Notes under the pieces: model-generated
Told to the model about the DNA's origin: nothing
The model's input: only the letters and a program-made list of their open reading frames with translations
Databases searched by the model: none
Position numbers and translations under genes: made by a program
Assembly (NCBI GenBank): GCA_963700285.1
Contig: CAVOXA010000001.1
Coordinates: 448,001-512,000, forward strand
Direction of reading: 5' to 3'
From: an uncultured Chloroflexia bacterium
GTDB taxonomy: Bacteria; Chloroflexota; Anaerolineae; JAAYZQ01
DNA length: 64,000 nt
Part shown: positions 60,925-64,000 of the stretch, in pieces
Layout of the letters: every line of letters starts with the position of its first letter
Position numbering within the stretch: position 1 is the first letter of the stretch

Positions 60925-62118
60925 ATGAGCCGATCATCTCTGCCCCGCGTCTTCTATCGCAAGGGAGTTCCCCTCTGGCGGGACGCCGTGATCCTGCAAT
61001 GGGTTGCTCAGATCCTGTCCGCTATCGTCGTCATCGGCTTCATGGTCTTTTTCGTCAGCAATGTCCTCCAGGCGGCGGAAGCTCGCGGGCTAAGCTGGGG
61101 CTATGGTTTCCTAGACGAAGCTGCTGGTTTCCCCATAAGCGAGTCACTGATCCCCTACGACGCTTCCTACCCCTTTGTCCGCGCCTTCATCGTTGGACTG
61201 CTGAACACAATAAAGGTGTCCCTGGTGGGCGTTGTACTCGCCACGCTACTGGGTATACTCGCTGCCGTGTCCCGGTTATCCACGAACTGGCTGGTCAGCA
61301 AGCTCGCAAGCGTCTATATTGAAATCATTCGCAATGTTCCCCTTTTGGTCCAATTGTTCTTCTGGTATTTCGGTTTTTTCCAAACGCTCCCGCCGGTGAA
61401 AGATGCGTTGTCCCTGCCGGGCCCCATCTACCTCAGCCAGCGCGGTCTCTATATGGTCTGGGCCAAGCCGACGTCTACCTTTTGGTCCTGGATGGTTTTT
61501 GTCGGGGCGGCTCTGTTGCTCTCTGGGGTCGCGTACGTGATTCTGTCTCGGCACCAGCTCCGAACTGGCCGTACGACTTATCCCGTGGCCACGGCCCTTG
61601 TCTTGTTGATCATGCTACCGGTTATCGGCTGGTTCGCTATGAGCGCGAGGCCGCTGAGCAGTACAGTGCCGGAACTGGGCAAGTTCAATTTTGATGGCGG
61701 GCTCAGGCTGACGCCAGAGTTTGTTGGCTTGCTCGTAGGGCTGGTGGTCTACACCGGGGCCTTTATCGCCGAGGTCGTTCGGGCTGGGATCTTGTCGGTC
61801 GACAAGGGGCAGTTCGAGGCAGCCCGCGCCGTGGGTCTGTCCTCAATGCAGGTCCTGCGCTTGGTTGTCTTTCCCCAGGCCTTGCGTGTGATCATTCCCC
61901 CCTTGATCAGCCAGTACCTGAACCTGGCCAAGAACTCGAGCTTGGCCATCCTGATTGGCTACGCTGACGTGTTCTTCGTGGGTAGAACCATCATTAACCA
62001 GTCTGGACGGGCGGTGCCTGTATTCCTCTTGATTATGGCTATCTATCTGACCATTAGTACCATGACTTCCATCGTCATGAACATGTACAACCGTCGCGTG
62101 CGGTTGGTGGAGCGATAG
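60925..62118 (+). CDS. aapQ: Amino acid ABC transporter permease (AapQ/BztB-like)
   Basis: GLLNT, RNVPLL, AFIAEVVRAGI, EAA loop, KNSSLA. Confidence 0.9.
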   Translation: MSRSSLPRVFYRKGVPLWRDAVILQWVAQILSAIVVIGFMVFFVSNVLQAAEARGLSWGYGFLDEAAGFPISESLIPYDASYPFVRAFIVGLLNTIKVSLVGVVLATLLGILAAVSRLSTNWLVSKLASVYIEIIRNVPLLVQLFFWYFGFFQTLPPVKDALSLPGPIYLSQRGLYMVWAKPTSTFWSWMVFVGAALLLSGVAYVILSRHQLRTGRTTYPVATALVLLIMLPVIGWFAMSARPLSSTVPELGKFNFDGGLRLTPEFVGLLVGLVVYTGAFIAEVVRAGILSVDKGQFEAARAVGLSSMQVLRLVVFPQALRVIIPPLISQYLNLAKNSSLAILIGYADVFFVGRTIINQSGRAVPVFLLIMAIYLTISTMTSIVMNMYNRRVRLVER

Positions 62119-62120
62119 CG

Positions 62121-63344
62121 ATGAGTTCAACCGGTGAGACCTCCGGCCAGCGACCTGCTCCCCCGGGTGCGATCCAGTGGCTGAAAAAGAACCTATTCAG
62201 TACTTGGTACAATACGATCTTGACCTTCCTATCCCTCCTTGTCATTTACTCTGTATTGAAGGGCCTCCTCACGTGGGTTTTTACTGTTGCCGATTGGAGC
62301 CCGGTTACAGAGAGCCTCAGACTATTTGCCGTTGGCTTGTATCCAACGGAGGAGATGTGGCGCATTGGCGTGATCCTGGCCATGGTATCATTTCTTGCCG
62401 GTCTAAGCTGGGGCGTCTGGGGTGGCATCGTTCGTACTTTTGCCATCGCCGTGGGTGTGGGGTTCGTCGTCATTGCTCTTTTGCCCTTTGATCTGTCCCC
62501 CCCAAACGGCGATCCGCTGGATCTGACACTGCGCCTTGGGTTCCTGGCCCTCCCGGTCCTCATCGTGCTGGGTTTCCTGCTGGGAAGAACAGCAAAGATC
62601 TCCGGCCGTCTCGTTCTGATTCTCTGGCTCATTTCCTTCTTCCTGAGTCTCATCCTGCTGAACGGTTTTGAGAACAGTGAACTGCTCCCAAAAGTTGGTA
62701 CAGGTCTCTGGGGCGGGCTGCTTCTAACGTTTCTTCTGGCCCTGGTTGGCATCGTCGCTTCCTTTCCCATCGGGGTGGCCCTGGCCCTGGGTCGGCAGAG
62801 TTCCCTGCCTGTAGTCAAAGTGTTCTGTACCCTCTACATCGAGATCGTCCGAGGCGTTCCTCTGGTGACCATCCTGTTCATGGCCTCCATCATCTTGCCT
62901 CTCTTTCTTCCAGAGGATGTGCGCATCGACCGGGTGTTGCGAGCTATGTTGGGGATGACTCTTTTTTCCGCAGCCTACATGGCCGAGAACGTGCGAGGCG
63001 GCTTACAGGCGGTTTCTGCAGGTCAGGTCGAAGCAGCCAAGGCGGTAGGACTTACCGGTCTTCAGACCACAGCCTTCATTGTTCTGCCCCAGGCGCTCCG
63101 GGCAGTGATCCCGGCCATCGTCGGGCAGTTCATCTCTCTGTATATGGATACGACCCTGGCCATCATTGTCGGACTCATGGAACTACTGGCGGTGGGCAAG
63201 GCTGTCCTGCAGAGCAACCAGGAATGGCTCCTCCGTGACAAAGAGGTATACTTGTTCATCGCCGTTGTGTTTTGGATCTTTACCTATTCTATGTCCTATG
63301 CCAGCCGCAGGCTGGAGACCGCTTTGGGAGTAGGCGAGCGATGA
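62121..63344 (+). CDS. aapM: Amino acid ABC transporter permease (AapM/BztC-like)
   Basis: WLKKNLFSTWYN, WGGLLLT, RGVPL, AYMAENVRGGLQ. Confidence 0.9.
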   Translation: MSSTGETSGQRPAPPGAIQWLKKNLFSTWYNTILTFLSLLVIYSVLKGLLTWVFTVADWSPVTESLRLFAVGLYPTEEMWRIGVILAMVSFLAGLSWGVWGGIVRTFAIAVGVGFVVIALLPFDLSPPNGDPLDLTLRLGFLALPVLIVLGFLLGRTAKISGRLVLILWLISFFLSLILLNGFENSELLPKVGTGLWGGLLLTFLLALVGIVASFPIGVALALGRQSSLPVVKVFCTLYIEIVRGVPLVTILFMASIILPLFLPEDVRIDRVLRAMLGMTLFSAAYMAENVRGGLQAVSAGQVEAAKAVGLTGLQTTAFIVLPQALRAVIPAIVGQFISLYMDTTLAIIVGLMELLAVGKAVLQSNQEWLLRDKEVYLFIAVVFWIFTYSMSYASRRLETALGVGER

Positions 63345-63464
63345 TCCAGCCTTCTGTAAGTGGGGCAGGTACCTTGCACGCGAAGGGCCCTCTCGGGCCA
63401 GTTGAGTCAAGTTGGCCGGAAACCAACAAAAGTCGGTAAGCGGCTAGCTGTGGGGAGATCGATC

Positions 63465-64000
63465 ATGGTACAGGAACGAGTAGACGCCGGAGACGACATT
63501 ATCATCTGCCGGGATGTGGAAAAGTGGTTTGATGACTTTCACGTGCTGCGCGGGATCAGCATATCTATCAGAAAAGGAGAGGTGGTGGTCGTCGCTGGGC
63601 CATCGGGCTCGGGCAAGTCCACCTTTATCCGTACCATCAACCGTCTCGAGGAGCACCAGAAGGGCGACATCATCGTCGATGGTATCGAACTGACCAACGA
63701 CGTTCGCAACATTGCCGCCATTCGCAGCGAGATTGGCATGGTCTTCCAGTCGTTCAATCTCTTTCCCCACCTGACAGTGCGTGCAGAACATTACCCTGGC
63801 ACCCATACGGGTGCGCAAGTGGCCCAAGGACAAGGCCGACGAGACTGCCTACCAGGCTGCTGGACCGAGTGGGCATCCCCGAACAGGCCGACGAAATACC
63901 CGGGCCAGCTTTCAGGTGGTCAGCAGCAGCGAACGGCCATCGCCCGCGCCCTGGCCATGGAGCCCAAGATCATGCTCTTTGACGAGCCTACCTCGGCACT
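63465..64000 (+). CDS. aapP: Amino acid ABC transporter ATP-binding protein (AapP/GlnQ-like), partial and frameshifted
   Basis: Manual translation gives VEKWFDDFHVLRGIS, GPSGSGKST, MVFQSFNLFPH, LSGGQQQ, MLFDEPTSA; runs off the window. Confidence 0.88.
   Translation, partial: MVQERVDAGDDIIICRDVEKWFDDFHVLRGISISIRKGEVVVVAGPSGSGKSTFIRTINRLEEHQKGDIIVDGIELTNDVRNIAAIRSEIGMVFQSFNLFPHLTVRAEHYPGTHTGAQVAQGQGRRDCLPGCWTEWASPNRPTKYPGQLSGGQQQRTAIARALAMEPKIMLFDEPTSA

Overview
GC-rich bacterial chromosomal window, most consistent with an Anaerolineae/Chloroflexota genome. This is inferred from GT-C glycosyltransferases with WxxGE-type Ig-like tails, [YF]LP[LI]xxR surface-protein motifs and Pro/Thr-rich lipoproteins. 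I found no rRNA, tRNA, CRISPR array or intact mobile element. Many genes carry 1-nt frameshifts in patches, which look like long-read consensus errors. In order, the window holds: an ECF sigma/anti-sigma pair; an SLC13-TrkA_C permease; a putative envelope-stress locus (secreted LTxxQ-like protein, MacB/FtsX-type ABC system with adaptor and a tandem solute-binding lipoprotein, two HtrA proteases, BaeRS-like two-component system) with two promoters sharing a four-fold 11-bp-period repeat; a FAD/CCG oxidoreductase with an XRE-cupin regulator; an HTH-PocR/DsrE2/TusA/DsrM-like/DsrK-like operon; an A2-type caa3-like oxidase cluster with copper and heme assembly genes; GT-C glycosyltransferases and surface proteins; a circularly permuted iPGM-like enzyme with an Ntn hydrolase; obgE-nadD; and an AapJQMP-type amino-acid ABC importer. 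The top leads are the permuted iPGM, the repeat-defined envelope regulon with an orphan SBP plus type VII ABC transporter, the DsrE/TusA-DsrMK module without DsrABC, and an in-frame palindromic element inside a coding sequence. All family assignments come from motif recognition; no database searches were run.
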